64,000 bases of DNA, from contig NZ_JAFLKV010000015.1 of NCBI RefSeq assembly GCF_019163035.1, positions 1,282 through 65,281 on the forward strand. The letters run 5' to 3'. The notes beneath the pieces are model-generated. The model searched no databases. It had not been told where the DNA came from and saw nothing but the letters and a program-made list of their open reading frames with translations. The DNA is from Sulfuricurvum sp. Its GTDB lineage: Bacteria; Campylobacterota; Campylobacteria; Campylobacterales; Sulfurimonadaceae. The translations under genes were made by a program, and so were the position numbers. Positions 51,101-59,985 of this stretch are shown in pieces (the first letter of the stretch is position 1; each line of letters opens with the position of its first letter).

Positions 51101-51665
51101 GCAGATCGATGCGATCAACTATACTCTCTCTAGCGAAGTTGAGAACATCGAGGACGGTTCCACTGCCATCTTTATCGGAAAAATCGAAACAATCACGAAA
51201 AAGATGTCGAAAAAAGGGTCAATGTTCGGGCTTGTGAGCCTGATGGACTTCCACGGCAATATCGAAGTGATGCTCTTTAGCGACAGGGTCGAACAACTTG
51301 AAGCGATGGATCTCGATGAGCCGATAGCGTTCAAGGTAAAAGTAACCCACACCGAGATGTTCACCCGCATCAGTGTTACGAAGATTATGACCCTCACCGA
51401 AGCGAAAAAAGAGGCGAAAAAGGTAGAGACCAAAATCGTCGAAAACCTCCCGCCGCAGGAACCGTTGCAACTGCGTATCCGTCTGAGCGACAACCTTGAA
51501 ACGTTAGAGAAACTCTACACCCTTGTCCGCCGTCATCCGGGACGCCGTGAGATTAAACTCACCATCGTCTCGAAGCTTGCCGATGTCGTGATCGATTCGG
51601 CGATACGGGTGGATAATAAGGTGATTGAAGAATTGAGTGCTTTAGAAGATGTGGATGTGATTTAA
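48126..51665 (+). CDS. dnaE: DNA polymerase III alpha subunit
   Basis: HLHLHTEYSLLDG, GPGRGSAAGS, MPDIDMDF, KFDFLGL, YGFNKSH. Confidence 0.98.
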   Translation: MSTIPPFTHLHLHTEYSLLDGANKISALASRVKELGMTSVAMSDHGNMFGAIDFYQQMRGAGLKPIIGMEAYIHNGEDLGDKTIKQRFHVCLFAKNEAGYKNLMYLSSQAYINGFYYFPRINKQLLRDNCEGIICTSACLQGEVNWHLNTNSERNVKNGALGYDEAKRIALEYKEIFGDDFYMEIMRHGIADQLFIDEQVIKISQETQIKLIATNDTHYTYAGDAQYHEAFMCIGMNKLYDDPKRMRHSVHEFYIKSPEQMARLFADIPEALYNTQEIVDKCQLELKLGNPTPPNFKFTTEYALEEGLTIEEDSEYFIHRCRIGLELRLEHVPEARHQEYRDRLEFEMQVINQMKFPGYMLIVWDFVREAKRMGIAVGPGRGSAAGSLVAYSLEITDIDPMKYDLLFERFLNPERVSMPDIDMDFMQARRGEIIDYVVRKYGREQVAQIITFGSLLAKGVIRDVARVLEMPLSQADMMAKLIPDELGITLNGKTKGGEFKPGAFQKEPKISELIDSDPHIARVWEFSKKLEGLKRNAGMHAAGVVISNEPLWKKTPIYKPSGEETFVTQYSLNYLEDIDLIKFDFLGLKTLDVIDNAIKLIKKRYDVEVNWHKIDENDPKVYEIIQSGDTIGMFQIESSGMQDLNKRLKPSVFEDLIAVLALYRPGPMESGMLDDFIERKHGRQAITYVFAALEPILKPTYGVIVYQEQVMQIVQTIGGMSLGGADIVRRAMGKKKLEEMQKYNREFSEGAQQQGLDYQKASELFDLIEKFAGYGFNKSHSAAYAMVTFQTAWLKTYYPQEFMAALLTSEKDNTDKVVKYIDEAKRMKIFLGAPDINHSQLEFSAINKDGQDQILFGLGAIKGVGEAAVESILEARSEGEFKDIQDFTNRIEPQKVNKRVIECIIKAGGLDHFGYSRHALLEQVETLVETAKKGSSLKKDAQFSLFGDDEEVTAVELSLKNMDEFDLKTLLDFEKDTLGFYVSGHPLDNFREQIDAINYTLSSEVENIEDGSTAIFIGKIETITKKMSKKGSMFGLVSLMDFHGNIEVMLFSDRVEQLEAMDLDEPIAFKVKVTHTEMFTRISVTKIMTLTEAKKEAKKVETKIVENLPPQEPLQLRIRLSDNLETLEKLYTLVRRHPGRREIKLTIVSKLADVVIDSAIRVDNKVIEELSALEDVDVI

Positions 51666-51704
51666 AAAAGATATAATAACAATACGATGTAAAAAGGAGT
51701 TACT

Positions 51705-51914
51705 ATGCAAACAGTACACTTGGAAATACAAAATGAACTAAAAGACGCATTGTTCGCTTTTTTAAAATTGTTGCCCTCAAGCGCTGTTAGAATATACGAA
51801 GACGATGATACAACGTTTACGAAAGATGATGAAATAGCATTTAATAAAGCAATGGATGAAAAGAATAAGGGTCAAACTATCGGTTTTGATGAATTAAAAC
51901 GAAAGTATCTTTAA
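51705..51914 (+). CDS. Putative type II antitoxin
   Basis: 69 aa, AAGGAG RBS, acidic C-terminal half. Directly abuts a RelE-type toxin gene. Confidence 0.7.
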   Translation: MQTVHLEIQNELKDALFAFLKLLPSSAVRIYEDDDTTFTKDDEIAFNKAMDEKNKGQTIGFDELKRKYL

Positions 51915-52175
51915 ATGTATCGTCTCGAAACCTCCAAAGATGTTGATAAATTTCTTGAAAAAGCAGTACCGAAACTACGCAATAGAGTTTTAGAAGTATT
52001 CGAAGAACTTTGTAATGATCCTTTTTCTAATGCTGTAGATACAAAATCAATGGTCAATAAAAAAGGACATTTTCGTTTGCGTGTTGGTAAATATCGATTT
52101 TTGTATACGATTATCGAAGATGAGATTTTAGTGTATGTTTATAAAGCTGATAGTAGAGGCGATATTTATAAATAA
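51915..52175 (+). CDS. RelE/ParE family toxin
   Basis: 86 aa. FRLRVGKYRFLY and SRGDIYK are RelE signatures. Confidence 0.88.
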   Translation: MYRLETSKDVDKFLEKAVPKLRNRVLEVFEELCNDPFSNAVDTKSMVNKKGHFRLRVGKYRFLYTIIEDEILVYVYKADSRGDIYK

Positions 52176-52197
52176 GATTATATTTGAAAAGTCAGAC

Positions 52198-52221
52198 CAT
52201 TTTCCTGACGTCGGGAAAATG
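52198..52221. repeat. Near-perfect 24-bp palindrome after the toxin gene
   Basis: CATTTTCCTGACGTCGGGAAAATG. Confidence 0.7.
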
Positions 52222-52258
52222 ATAAGAGGTTATTTTTTGAATTAAAGGACAAAGGTTA

Positions 52259-53497
52259 ATGCGCGAATTTAACGAAGAACTGATTAATTTTATCGATGCT
52301 TCTCCAACCCCGTTTCATGCGGTGGAGTGGATGGTAAAAACATTGGAGTGTCGTGGATTTACCTGTTTGGAAGAAGATCAGGAGTGGAGCCTTGAAGAGG
52401 GGCATGATTATTATGTCACCCGTAACGACTCCTCGATTATTGCTTTTACGTACCCGTCATGCGCTGAAAAAGGGTACACGATTGTAGGTGCTCATACCGA
52501 TTCGCCACATCTGCGCCTCAAACCTAATCCTCTGACCACCTCCGCAGGGGTAAAGCGTTTCGGTGTTGAGCCTTACGGCGGAGTGTTGCTGAATCCGTGG
52601 TTTGATCGCGATTTATCGCTGGCGGGTCGGGTTGTCTATCTGGAGGGGGAAGTGCGTCGTGAAGCCCTCATCAATATCAACCGTCCCATCGCTATTATTC
52701 CCTCGCTCGCCATTCATCTCGATCGCGATGCGAATAGCTCCCGCTCTATCAATGCTCAGAGCGATATTGTCCCTATCATCGCGACGGGGGAGGTCGATTT
52801 TGAGACCTTTGTCCTCTCTCATATCCAAGAAGATACGGAGAACCTGACCCTTTTAGCCCATGAGCTCAGTTTTTACGACACGCAAAAAGGCTCTTTTATC
52901 GGGATCAATAGCGATCTGATCGCTTCGGCGCGGTTGGATAATCTCCTCAGCTGTTATATAGGGCTTCAGGCACTGCTAGAGACCTCCTATCCGATGATGT
53001 GTGCGTTTATGGATCACGAAGAGGTGGGAAGTGAGTCTCATATCGGGGCAGGGGGGACGTTTGTGGAGGAGACGTTGCGACGGATCGCGGGAGATGAGTA
53101 TGAGAAGGTGATGCGTCATTCCATCATGGTGTCATGTGACAATGCTCACGCGCAGCATCCGAACTTTCCGAGCAAACATGAGTCTGAGCACGCGCCGCTT
53201 CTCAATGGCGGGGTGGCGATCAAGATTAACTCGAATCACCGCTATGCGACTAATTCACGGACGCAAGGACGATTTGTTCAGTGCGCACGAGCGCTTCATG
53301 TTCCGACACAGACATTTATCACTCGAAGCGATATGGGATGCGGATCGACCATCGGTCCGATTACCTCTACACGATTGGGGGTTGAGACGATCGATGTCGG
53401 GATTCCGCAATTGGCAATGCACTCGATTCGCGAGGTATGCGGTACGGAAGATGCTTACGGTCTGTATCGAATATTAGTTCATTTGGGGGATTTTTGA
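52259..53497 (+). CDS. apeB: M18 family aminopeptidase (ApeB-like)
   Basis: ASPTPFHA, GAHTDSP, RLDNL, DHEEVGS, DNAH, CGSTIGP, LAMHSIRE. Confidence 0.92.
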   Translation: MREFNEELINFIDASPTPFHAVEWMVKTLECRGFTCLEEDQEWSLEEGHDYYVTRNDSSIIAFTYPSCAEKGYTIVGAHTDSPHLRLKPNPLTTSAGVKRFGVEPYGGVLLNPWFDRDLSLAGRVVYLEGEVRREALININRPIAIIPSLAIHLDRDANSSRSINAQSDIVPIIATGEVDFETFVLSHIQEDTENLTLLAHELSFYDTQKGSFIGINSDLIASARLDNLLSCYIGLQALLETSYPMMCAFMDHEEVGSESHIGAGGTFVEETLRRIAGDEYEKVMRHSIMVSCDNAHAQHPNFPSKHESEHAPLLNGGVAIKINSNHRYATNSRTQGRFVQCARALHVPTQTFITRSDMGCGSTIGPITSTRLGVETIDVGIPQLAMHSIREVCGTEDAYGLYRILVHLGDF

Positions 53498-53514
53498 CCC
53501 CGTCAAGGAATAGC

Positions 53515-54498
53515 GTGAGTCAAATTTCCCCGGAAGAGCTTAAAGCCCTCATCGATCAAACCTACAAGGTCGAAGAGGAGTATGTTTCCCTCCGTCAGTC
53601 GTATAACCATCTTCAAAGCACAATTGAACAGGTTATCGAGTTTCTCCCCAATGCCATTTGGATAGTAGAAACGGATGGCTCTATTTTTCTCCAAAACTCT
53701 CAAGCCAAACGTTTGGGAAAACTTTTTGATACCCTTCATTTGGAGGATGAAGATTACGAGATGACCTTTAAAGAGCGCTCCTATCTCATCAAATCAGCCC
53801 ATCATAATGAAAAACGGCTCTTAAGTGCGACCGATATCACCGAACAAAAGCGTAAAGAGAATCTCGCAACGATGGGGCAGATGGCAGCACATCTCAGCCA
53901 TGAAATCCGTAACCCTATCGGCTCTATCGCACTGCTCGCATCGACTTTGATGAAGCGGGTCAAAGAGGAAAATAAACCGATTGTCACTGAGATTCAAAAA
54001 TCGCTCTATCGGATAGAGCGGATTATCAAAGCAACATTAATGTTTTCTAAAGGGGTAAGCGCTCAGAAGAATGCGTTGCGTTGGTTCCAAATCCGTGAAG
54101 CGCTTATGAGTGCCATCGGCTATTACAGTTATGGTAAATCAATCGAATTTAGCTTTCCCGAAGAAGATTTTGAGCTTTTCGGCGATTTGGATCTACTCAC
54201 CATGCTCTTTACCAATTTTGTTTTTAACGCTATTGATGCGATTGAACTGGATGAAGAGGAGGCGGGGAAAATCGAAATACTCCATTTTGATGAAGGCTCA
54301 CATCACACCTTTGAAATATATGACAGTGGTATCGCCATCGAGAATAAAAAATGGCTTTTTGAAGCGTTTAAAAGCACGAAAGAGCGGGGAAATGGGTTAG
54401 GACTGGTATTATCCAAAAATATTGTTGAGTCTCACGGCGGAGAGATCTCTTTGTGTGAGGGAGATCGTAAAGGGTTTCGTTTTAGCCTTCTATCTTAG
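53515..54498 (+). CDS. flgS: Cytoplasmic flagellar sensor histidine kinase FlgS
   Basis: LIDQTY.VE.EY, IEFLPNAIW, SATDI, MAAHLSHEIRNPIGSI resemble Campylobacter FlgS as I recall it. GTG start after AGGAA. Confidence 0.8.
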   Translation: MSQISPEELKALIDQTYKVEEEYVSLRQSYNHLQSTIEQVIEFLPNAIWIVETDGSIFLQNSQAKRLGKLFDTLHLEDEDYEMTFKERSYLIKSAHHNEKRLLSATDITEQKRKENLATMGQMAAHLSHEIRNPIGSIALLASTLMKRVKEENKPIVTEIQKSLYRIERIIKATLMFSKGVSAQKNALRWFQIREALMSAIGYYSYGKSIEFSFPEEDFELFGDLDLLTMLFTNFVFNAIDAIELDEEEAGKIEILHFDEGSHHTFEIYDSGIAIENKKWLFEAFKSTKERGNGLGLVLSKNIVESHGGEISLCEGDRKGFRFSLLS

Positions 54499-56708
54499 AA
54501 AGGCTTTGGCTCGCTGAGATAATACCCTTGGAGATAATTAACTCCAAGCTCTTTACATTTATTATAAACCGCTTCTGAATGGACAAATTCAGCTATGGTT
54601 TTAAGCCCCAAATGTTTTGAAAATTCTACGACGGCAATCATAATCGTTTGGGCATTGGTATCGGTATCAATATTGCGGATCAATGAACCGTCAATTTTGA
54701 GAATATCGACATCGAGTCGGAGAATATGGGCAAAGTTTGAATAACCTGTACCAAAATCATCGATGGCAATACGGGATCCAAACTGTTTTACTTCACTGAT
54801 AAATGCAGAGACTTCTTGGTAGTTTTCTATCCCCTCACTCTCTAAAAGTTCAAAAATAAGTCGATGTGCGTATTTTGATGAACTGAGTTTTTGAATAAGA
54901 AACTCTTTGGTCGGTTTATCGATAATATCGTCTACCGAAAGGTTAATAGAATATACGTGAGGTGTCGTCTCTAACATTTTAAAAACTTCTTCGATAACGA
55001 ATTGAGACAGAAGTGGATAGAGACGTGATTGCCGTGCAGCAGGGAGAAAATAGCCTGGAGATACGATTGTTCCATTTGTGTCAATCATACGTATAAGTGC
55101 TTCATACTCCTCAACTTCTCCAGTTTTTGTATCATAGATCGGTTGGTAATAGAGACAGAAATTTTTATCTTCAATAGCTTCTTTGAGTTTTTTATTCCAT
55201 AAAATATTGTGTTGATACTCTTGTTTAATCTGCATGGTCTCATCATAAAGTTGATAACTCAGGTGCCGTTTTTTTGCTGTTTTGAGTGCCATGTCAGCAT
55301 TGGCGAGGAGATCGATCGATTTATTTTTACCTCGTAATGAGATATCCATCCCCATGGTTAATGTAATATATATACTTGCACCGTGAAGATTATAATATTG
55401 AGATTGGAGGTGATGAAGAATTGATAGCCGTGCCGCTTCGAGCTGAGTAGAATTCATTGCTTCATAAAGCGTAATGGCATACTCATCTGATGGCATTTTA
55501 TGGAGTTTCATTGGGAGACCTGAGATTGCTTCTTTGATTGATTGTGCAAGGGCTAAGATAGTTTCATCTCCAATTGCATGCCCATAGAAGTCATTGATCT
55601 CTTTAAAATTATCGATATTTAAGAGAATAAGGGCATAAAAGCGTTTATTGGAATCAATGTCTCGAATCAATGCATTGCGATTTGGAAGAGTAGTGAGGTG
55701 ATCCGTATAGAGTTGATGTTCAAGCTTTTTGTTAAGTTCCCGTGTAATTTGAGTATCACGATCGATTCGTCGCAGAAGGACTCGAAACCCATAATGAAGA
55801 ACAACAGCAACAATCGAAAGGAGAAATAAACTGATTATGAGTAGATTACGTATTTCTGAATGGTATTCATTGACATCTTGGGTAATATCAAAAGCACATG
55901 TCATCATGGCAATGGTGTCATTGGCATAATTGGTGAGCGAGCGAGAAGCAATAACATAATCGGCCGAACCTACCGTATAAGGATTACTATCGCTAAAGGT
56001 AAATGTACTTGGTAATTTCTCAAATAAGGGATCATTTGAAGAGACGATAGAGTAATTCTCATAGCTAACATTTTTAGAATTTGGCAATAAACTTTTGAGT
56101 TTTTTTGTATCAAAAGCGATAGCACTTTTGATCCCTGAATGGGCATCTAGTCTCTTTTGGACACGATCAATTTTAGCGACGGTTTGGATAATACCGATAA
56201 AGGTACCATTTTTAAATATCGGGAGAATTGTTACAACAGAAACATCATAAATGGTAACATCCAAGGTGGTAACACTTTTTTGGTTATTAATTGCGTAGGC
56301 TAAAACAGGTCGTTTTTTGAGAATGTTATCGCCAAATTTTTTTGGCTCTTGTAGGCGTAGAAAGTGTACACCGTTTGCACCGATAAAGCCGCTCATATCT
56401 ACATCGCCTCTAACTTTTGCTTCTGTAAATAATGGGAGGGTGAGTTGATAGAGCTTTTCGCGATCCCCTGCGGCAAATGCATCGACAATTTCGCGATTAC
56501 CGGCAATTTTACAGGCAAGTTCGCTAAGCCCTTTTTGGGTATCGAGCATAGCTAAATCAAATGAATTACGAAGAAGTGCACGATGGGCAGAGGTTTTTTC
56601 CTCTAAAACATGCTTTTTATCTTGGATGATTGTAACGATAAAAATTGTAATGAGAAGTGCAATGAGTACAAGGGAATAAAGAGTCGCGCGTTGTTTCGTC
56701 TTATTCAC
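54495..56708 (-). CDS. Membrane Cache-GGDEF-EAL protein (probable c-di-GMP phosphodiesterase)
   Basis: Two TMs around a Cache-like domain. TDHLTTLPNR with degenerate GGDEF (PSDEY). Intact YEALIR and DDFGTGYS. Confidence 0.9.
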   Translation of the reverse strand: MNKTKQRATLYSLVLIALLITIFIVTIIQDKKHVLEEKTSAHRALLRNSFDLAMLDTQKGLSELACKIAGNREIVDAFAAGDREKLYQLTLPLFTEAKVRGDVDMSGFIGANGVHFLRLQEPKKFGDNILKKRPVLAYAINNQKSVTTLDVTIYDVSVVTILPIFKNGTFIGIIQTVAKIDRVQKRLDAHSGIKSAIAFDTKKLKSLLPNSKNVSYENYSIVSSNDPLFEKLPSTFTFSDSNPYTVGSADYVIASRSLTNYANDTIAMMTCAFDITQDVNEYHSEIRNLLIISLFLLSIVAVVLHYGFRVLLRRIDRDTQITRELNKKLEHQLYTDHLTTLPNRNALIRDIDSNKRFYALILLNIDNFKEINDFYGHAIGDETILALAQSIKEAISGLPMKLHKMPSDEYAITLYEAMNSTQLEAARLSILHHLQSQYYNLHGASIYITLTMGMDISLRGKNKSIDLLANADMALKTAKKRHLSYQLYDETMQIKQEYQHNILWNKKLKEAIEDKNFCLYYQPIYDTKTGEVEEYEALIRMIDTNGTIVSPGYFLPAARQSRLYPLLSQFVIEEVFKMLETTPHVYSINLSVDDIIDKPTKEFLIQKLSSSKYAHRLIFELLESEGIENYQEVSAFISEVKQFGSRIAIDDFGTGYSNFAHILRLDVDILKIDGSLIRNIDTDTNAQTIMIAVVEFSKHLGLKTIAEFVHSEAVYNKCKELGVNYLQGYYLSEPKPF

Positions 56709-56795
56709 TATTTCCCTCTTTGTATAATTCGTTAAGATTATATCACAGGTAAAAAGAATTTGTAATGAAACAATTGTAAATAATTAATAACATAA

Positions 56796-57470
56796 CTATT
56801 TTGGAAATAAAATAGATCCTAAGCGAACCATATTTGAGCCACATTCGATAGCAAGTTCAAAATCACTGCTCATTCCCATGGAACAAATACTTGCTTGAGG
56901 GAGTGTATCAAAAATTCGGCGGGTAGTTTCGAAGCTTTTCTGGATAATGTCATGATCTTCGACATGGGCTCCGATAGACATTACTCCTTGTAGTTGGAGC
57001 CGTGGGCACTCCTCTATAATTTGTGTATATTTATCGCTAGCTTCTTCAGGATAAAAACCGCTTTTGGATGCTTCATACGCAGAGTTGATTTGAACCAAAG
57101 CTTTTAAGCTCATATTTTCTCGTTCCAAGCGCTCATTAACGGCATGGGCGAGTTCTAATGAATCGATGGAATGGAGCAGGTGAGGGCGGATACTTAAAAG
57201 CTGATTGATCTTGTTTTTTTGCAACGTTCCGATGAAATGCCATTCAATCGGTAAATTCTCTAATGTCTCACTTTTGGCTACGAGGTCTTGAATTTTATTT
57301 TCACCGAATGCACGCTGTCCGATGGCATAAAGGCTACGGATCGCTTCCGCATCAACGTATTTACTCGCCGCAACAATTTTAACGATGTGATGATTATTTA
57401 CACGTAAACGGGCTTTCTCTATCCGCTCGATGATTCGATCAAAATGGCGCTTTTGCTCCAGCGTTGTCAT
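56796..57470 (-). CDS. yggS: PLP homeostasis protein YggS
   Basis: VAASKY, FGENKIQ, WHFIG.LQ.NK, SMGMSSDF, MVRLGS. Confidence 0.95.
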   Translation of the reverse strand: MTTLEQKRHFDRIIERIEKARLRVNNHHIVKIVAASKYVDAEAIRSLYAIGQRAFGENKIQDLVAKSETLENLPIEWHFIGTLQKNKINQLLSIRPHLLHSIDSLELAHAVNERLERENMSLKALVQINSAYEASKSGFYPEEASDKYTQIIEECPRLQLQGVMSIGAHVEDHDIIQKSFETTRRIFDTLPQASICSMGMSSDFELAIECGSNMVRLGSILFPK

Positions 57471-58519
57471 TGCATTAGCCTCGTAATATCGTTATAGAGC
57501 CCCAAGCTCATGAGACCGAGTAACAGTACCCACCCTCCGATGGTAAGGCGGGTGATGACCTCTTCACTCGGAGCTTTGCGACGGATTATCTCATAGAGAT
57601 TAAACATAATATGTCCCCCATCTAGTGCGGGGATAGGGAGGAGATTCAGGACTCCGAGATTGACCGAAATCAAAGCGGCAAAGAAACACAGAGACATCCA
57701 TCCATATGCTGTTGCATCGGCTGTGATTTGGACGATACTCACGACTCCGCCTACTTCTTTGGCAGGGACGACACCGGTGAGGAGTTTTTGAACACTTTGG
57801 AAAATTAAAAATGAGGTTTCATAGGTTTGCTTGGATGCGTAGGTGATCGTCTCTATGGGGGTAAGATCGAGAGTATGGGTGACACCTGCAGGGGCAATTC
57901 CTACCATACGTTGTTGGATTTTTTCTTTAAATAGGTTGGTTGCTTCACTAATGCGCGGGGTGAGGGTGATGAGGCTGTGAGTACCGTTTCGATCCACCGC
58001 TAATGTCAGCGTCCCCTGAGAGGTCTTGATGAATTCAGAGAGCTCGTCCCATTCGGTGATCGTCACTCCGTTGATAGCAATAATTTTATCATTTGATATT
58101 AACCCTGACTGCTGGGCGGGAGAGCCTTCGACTACTTTGCCAATAACCGGAGAGAGAGCCTGCGGAGCACCCAATGCGATAGCATAGAAAAAGAACCAAG
58201 CAAGGATGAAATTAGCCAACGGCCCAGCAAAGAGGATAATGATCCGCTGCCATGGTTTTTTAGCGTTATAGCTGTCGTTGTCATCATTAGACCTGGTTGG
58301 ATCAAGGTCATCTTGACCTTTCATCTTGACATAGCCACCCAGAGGAATGGCAGAAATTTGCCACTGCGTACCGATCCATTGAAAGGAGAAGAGTTTTTTT
58401 CCGAAACCGATGCTGAATACTTCAACATAGACACCAAAAAAACGAGCTGCGCTGTAGTGCCCGAGTTCATGGAAGAAAATGAGGGCTGAGAGGACGAGAA
58501 GGGCTACGATCCAAGACAT
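57467..58519 (-). CDS. rseP: Regulator of sigma E protease (M50 site-2 protease)
   Basis: HELGH, FSIGFG, PLGGYVKM, PDZ domain, NLLPIPALDGG. The likely start is ATG 58519. Confidence 0.95.
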   Translation of the reverse strand: MSWIVALLVLSALIFFHELGHYSAARFFGVYVEVFSIGFGKKLFSFQWIGTQWQISAIPLGGYVKMKGQDDLDPTRSNDDNDSYNAKKPWQRIIILFAGPLANFILAWFFFYAIALGAPQALSPVIGKVVEGSPAQQSGLISNDKIIAINGVTITEWDELSEFIKTSQGTLTLAVDRNGTHSLITLTPRISEATNLFKEKIQQRMVGIAPAGVTHTLDLTPIETITYASKQTYETSFLIFQSVQKLLTGVVPAKEVGGVVSIVQITADATAYGWMSLCFFAALISVNLGVLNLLPIPALDGGHIMFNLYEIIRRKAPSEEVITRLTIGGWVLLLGLMSLGLYNDITRLMQ

Positions 58520-58520
58520 A

Positions 58521-59102
58521 TTACATTTTTCCTTTATACGCTTTAGCAAAACCGACGAGGTACTCTGCACCCGAATAGAGCGTTAACGCAACGGCAATCC
58601 AAAGCAAAACATCCCCAAACGGCCAATGCATGAGTAAGAATCCGATAGCGATCATTTGTGCAACCGTTTTTACTTTTCCCGCCATTGAAGCACTGACATC
58701 GATTCCCTCAGACATGGAGAGAGTTCGAAGTCCTGTGATAAAAAGCTCTCGAACGATGATGATATAGATTGCCCACGCAGAGGCGGCACCGCTCATCATC
58801 AGCCCCAAAAATGCGGCGAGGGTGAGCATTTTATCTGCCAAAGGATCGAGAATCTGCCCAACCATAGTGATTTGGTCAAGTTCACGGGCAACGTATCCAT
58901 CAAAAAAATCGGTGGTACTGGCAATGACGAAGAGCAATGTCGCGATGTAATAGTTCCAGCTGACATGCCATCCCATATCAGTGAAAAGTTGAGGATTAAG
59001 GATAATCCAAAACATTACTGGAGCGATGAGAAGACGGATAAATGCTAAGATATTGGGAATGTTAAACACTAATAGTCCATTATTGATTTTTTTTAAGTTC
59101 AT
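58521..59102 (-). CDS. pgsA: CDP-diacylglycerol--glycerol-3-phosphate 3-phosphatidyltransferase
   Basis: NIPN, TDFFDGYVAR, LDPLADK. The start may instead be GTG at 59069. Confidence 0.95.
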   Translation of the reverse strand: MNLKKINNGLLVFNIPNILAFIRLLIAPVMFWIILNPQLFTDMGWHVSWNYYIATLLFVIASTTDFFDGYVARELDQITMVGQILDPLADKMLTLAAFLGLMMSGAASAWAIYIIIVRELFITGLRTLSMSEGIDVSASMAGKVKTVAQMIAIGFLLMHWPFGDVLLWIAVALTLYSGAEYLVGFAKAYKGKM

Positions 59103-59116
59103 TTGGCAGAGGATTC

Positions 59117-59135
59117 AAAAAAAGGCGCAAGCGCC
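59117..59135 (-). terminator. Rho-independent terminator after the SDR gene
   Basis: Minus strand GGCG-CTTG-CGCC followed by T7. Confidence 0.6.
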
Positions 59136-59205
59136 GTGAGCCTTATGCTGAAGAGAACTCAGTGTTAACGTAGCATTGGGGATTTTATTCCCGATGCGTT
59201 TAAAT

Positions 59206-59982
59206 TTAACGGAAGGTGGTGCCACCATCGACAACCAAAGTGTGACCTGTGATCCAACTGGCTTCATCCGTGCAGAGGAAATAAACTGCTCCTGCAATAT
59301 CCGCAGGTTCACCCATGCGGTTGAGTGCTGAGCGTTTGATCGTTTCGGCTTTGACCTCTTCGTAGTTAGTAAACGCTTTGAGTGCATCGGTATCGATTGG
59401 TCCACCGGATACGGCATTGACACGGATATTCATCTCACCGAGTTCGACTGCCGCGTAGCGTGCCATCGCTTCAACCGCCGCTTTATTGGTTCCATGACCC
59501 GCATAATTTTCGATATAGATTAGGTTTCCGGTACTTGACATCGTGACGACGGCACCACCACCCACTTTTTCCATCCGTTTTGCCGCTTCTTGGGTTCCGA
59601 CGACAAACGCGTTGACGGTTGCGGTGTAGATGTTATTGAGTCCGCGCGGTTTCAGACGCATAAATTTACCGTATCCGCCAACTACCGGACGACCGTAGAT
59701 CATCGCGTTGCTGACGAAAAAATCGATACGGTCGAAATCGGCATCAATCGCTTCAAAGAGGGGTTTAAACTCATCCGGCTCTAAAATATTGAGAGGATAC
59801 GAACGGGCTTTGATATTGTATTTGCTCTCCAACTCTTGGGCTAAAATAGCGGCGGTTTCTCCGTTGGAGTTGTAGGTGAACGCGATATTAACACCCTGCT
59901 GTGCAAATTTTTCGGCGATGGCCTGACCGATCCCTTTGGTAGCTCCGGTGATGACCAGTGTTTTACCCTTCATATTTGACAT
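59206..59982 (-). CDS. SDR family enoyl-ACP reductase (FabL/HdhA-like)
   Basis: TGATKGIG, ENYAGHGTNK, RVNAVSGGPIDTDAL, VVDGG. Confidence 0.88.
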   Translation of the reverse strand: MSNMKGKTLVITGATKGIGQAIAEKFAQQGVNIAFTYNSNGETAAILAQELESKYNIKARSYPLNILEPDEFKPLFEAIDADFDRIDFFVSNAMIYGRPVVGGYGKFMRLKPRGLNNIYTATVNAFVVGTQEAAKRMEKVGGGAVVTMSSTGNLIYIENYAGHGTNKAAVEAMARYAAVELGEMNIRVNAVSGGPIDTDALKAFTNYEEVKAETIKRSALNRMGEPADIAGAVYFLCTDEASWITGHTLVVDGGTTFR

Positions 59983-59985
59983 TCT

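Noticed and set aside
48126-51665. Intein or insertion in dnaE; long antisense ORFs such as 49491-50168
   Set aside because: The length and motifs are ordinary for DnaE. The antisense ORFs reflect codon bias.
59148-59160. CTGAAGA as a hammerhead ribozyme core
   Set aside because: There is no stem II followed by GAAA, and no compatible stems I/III.
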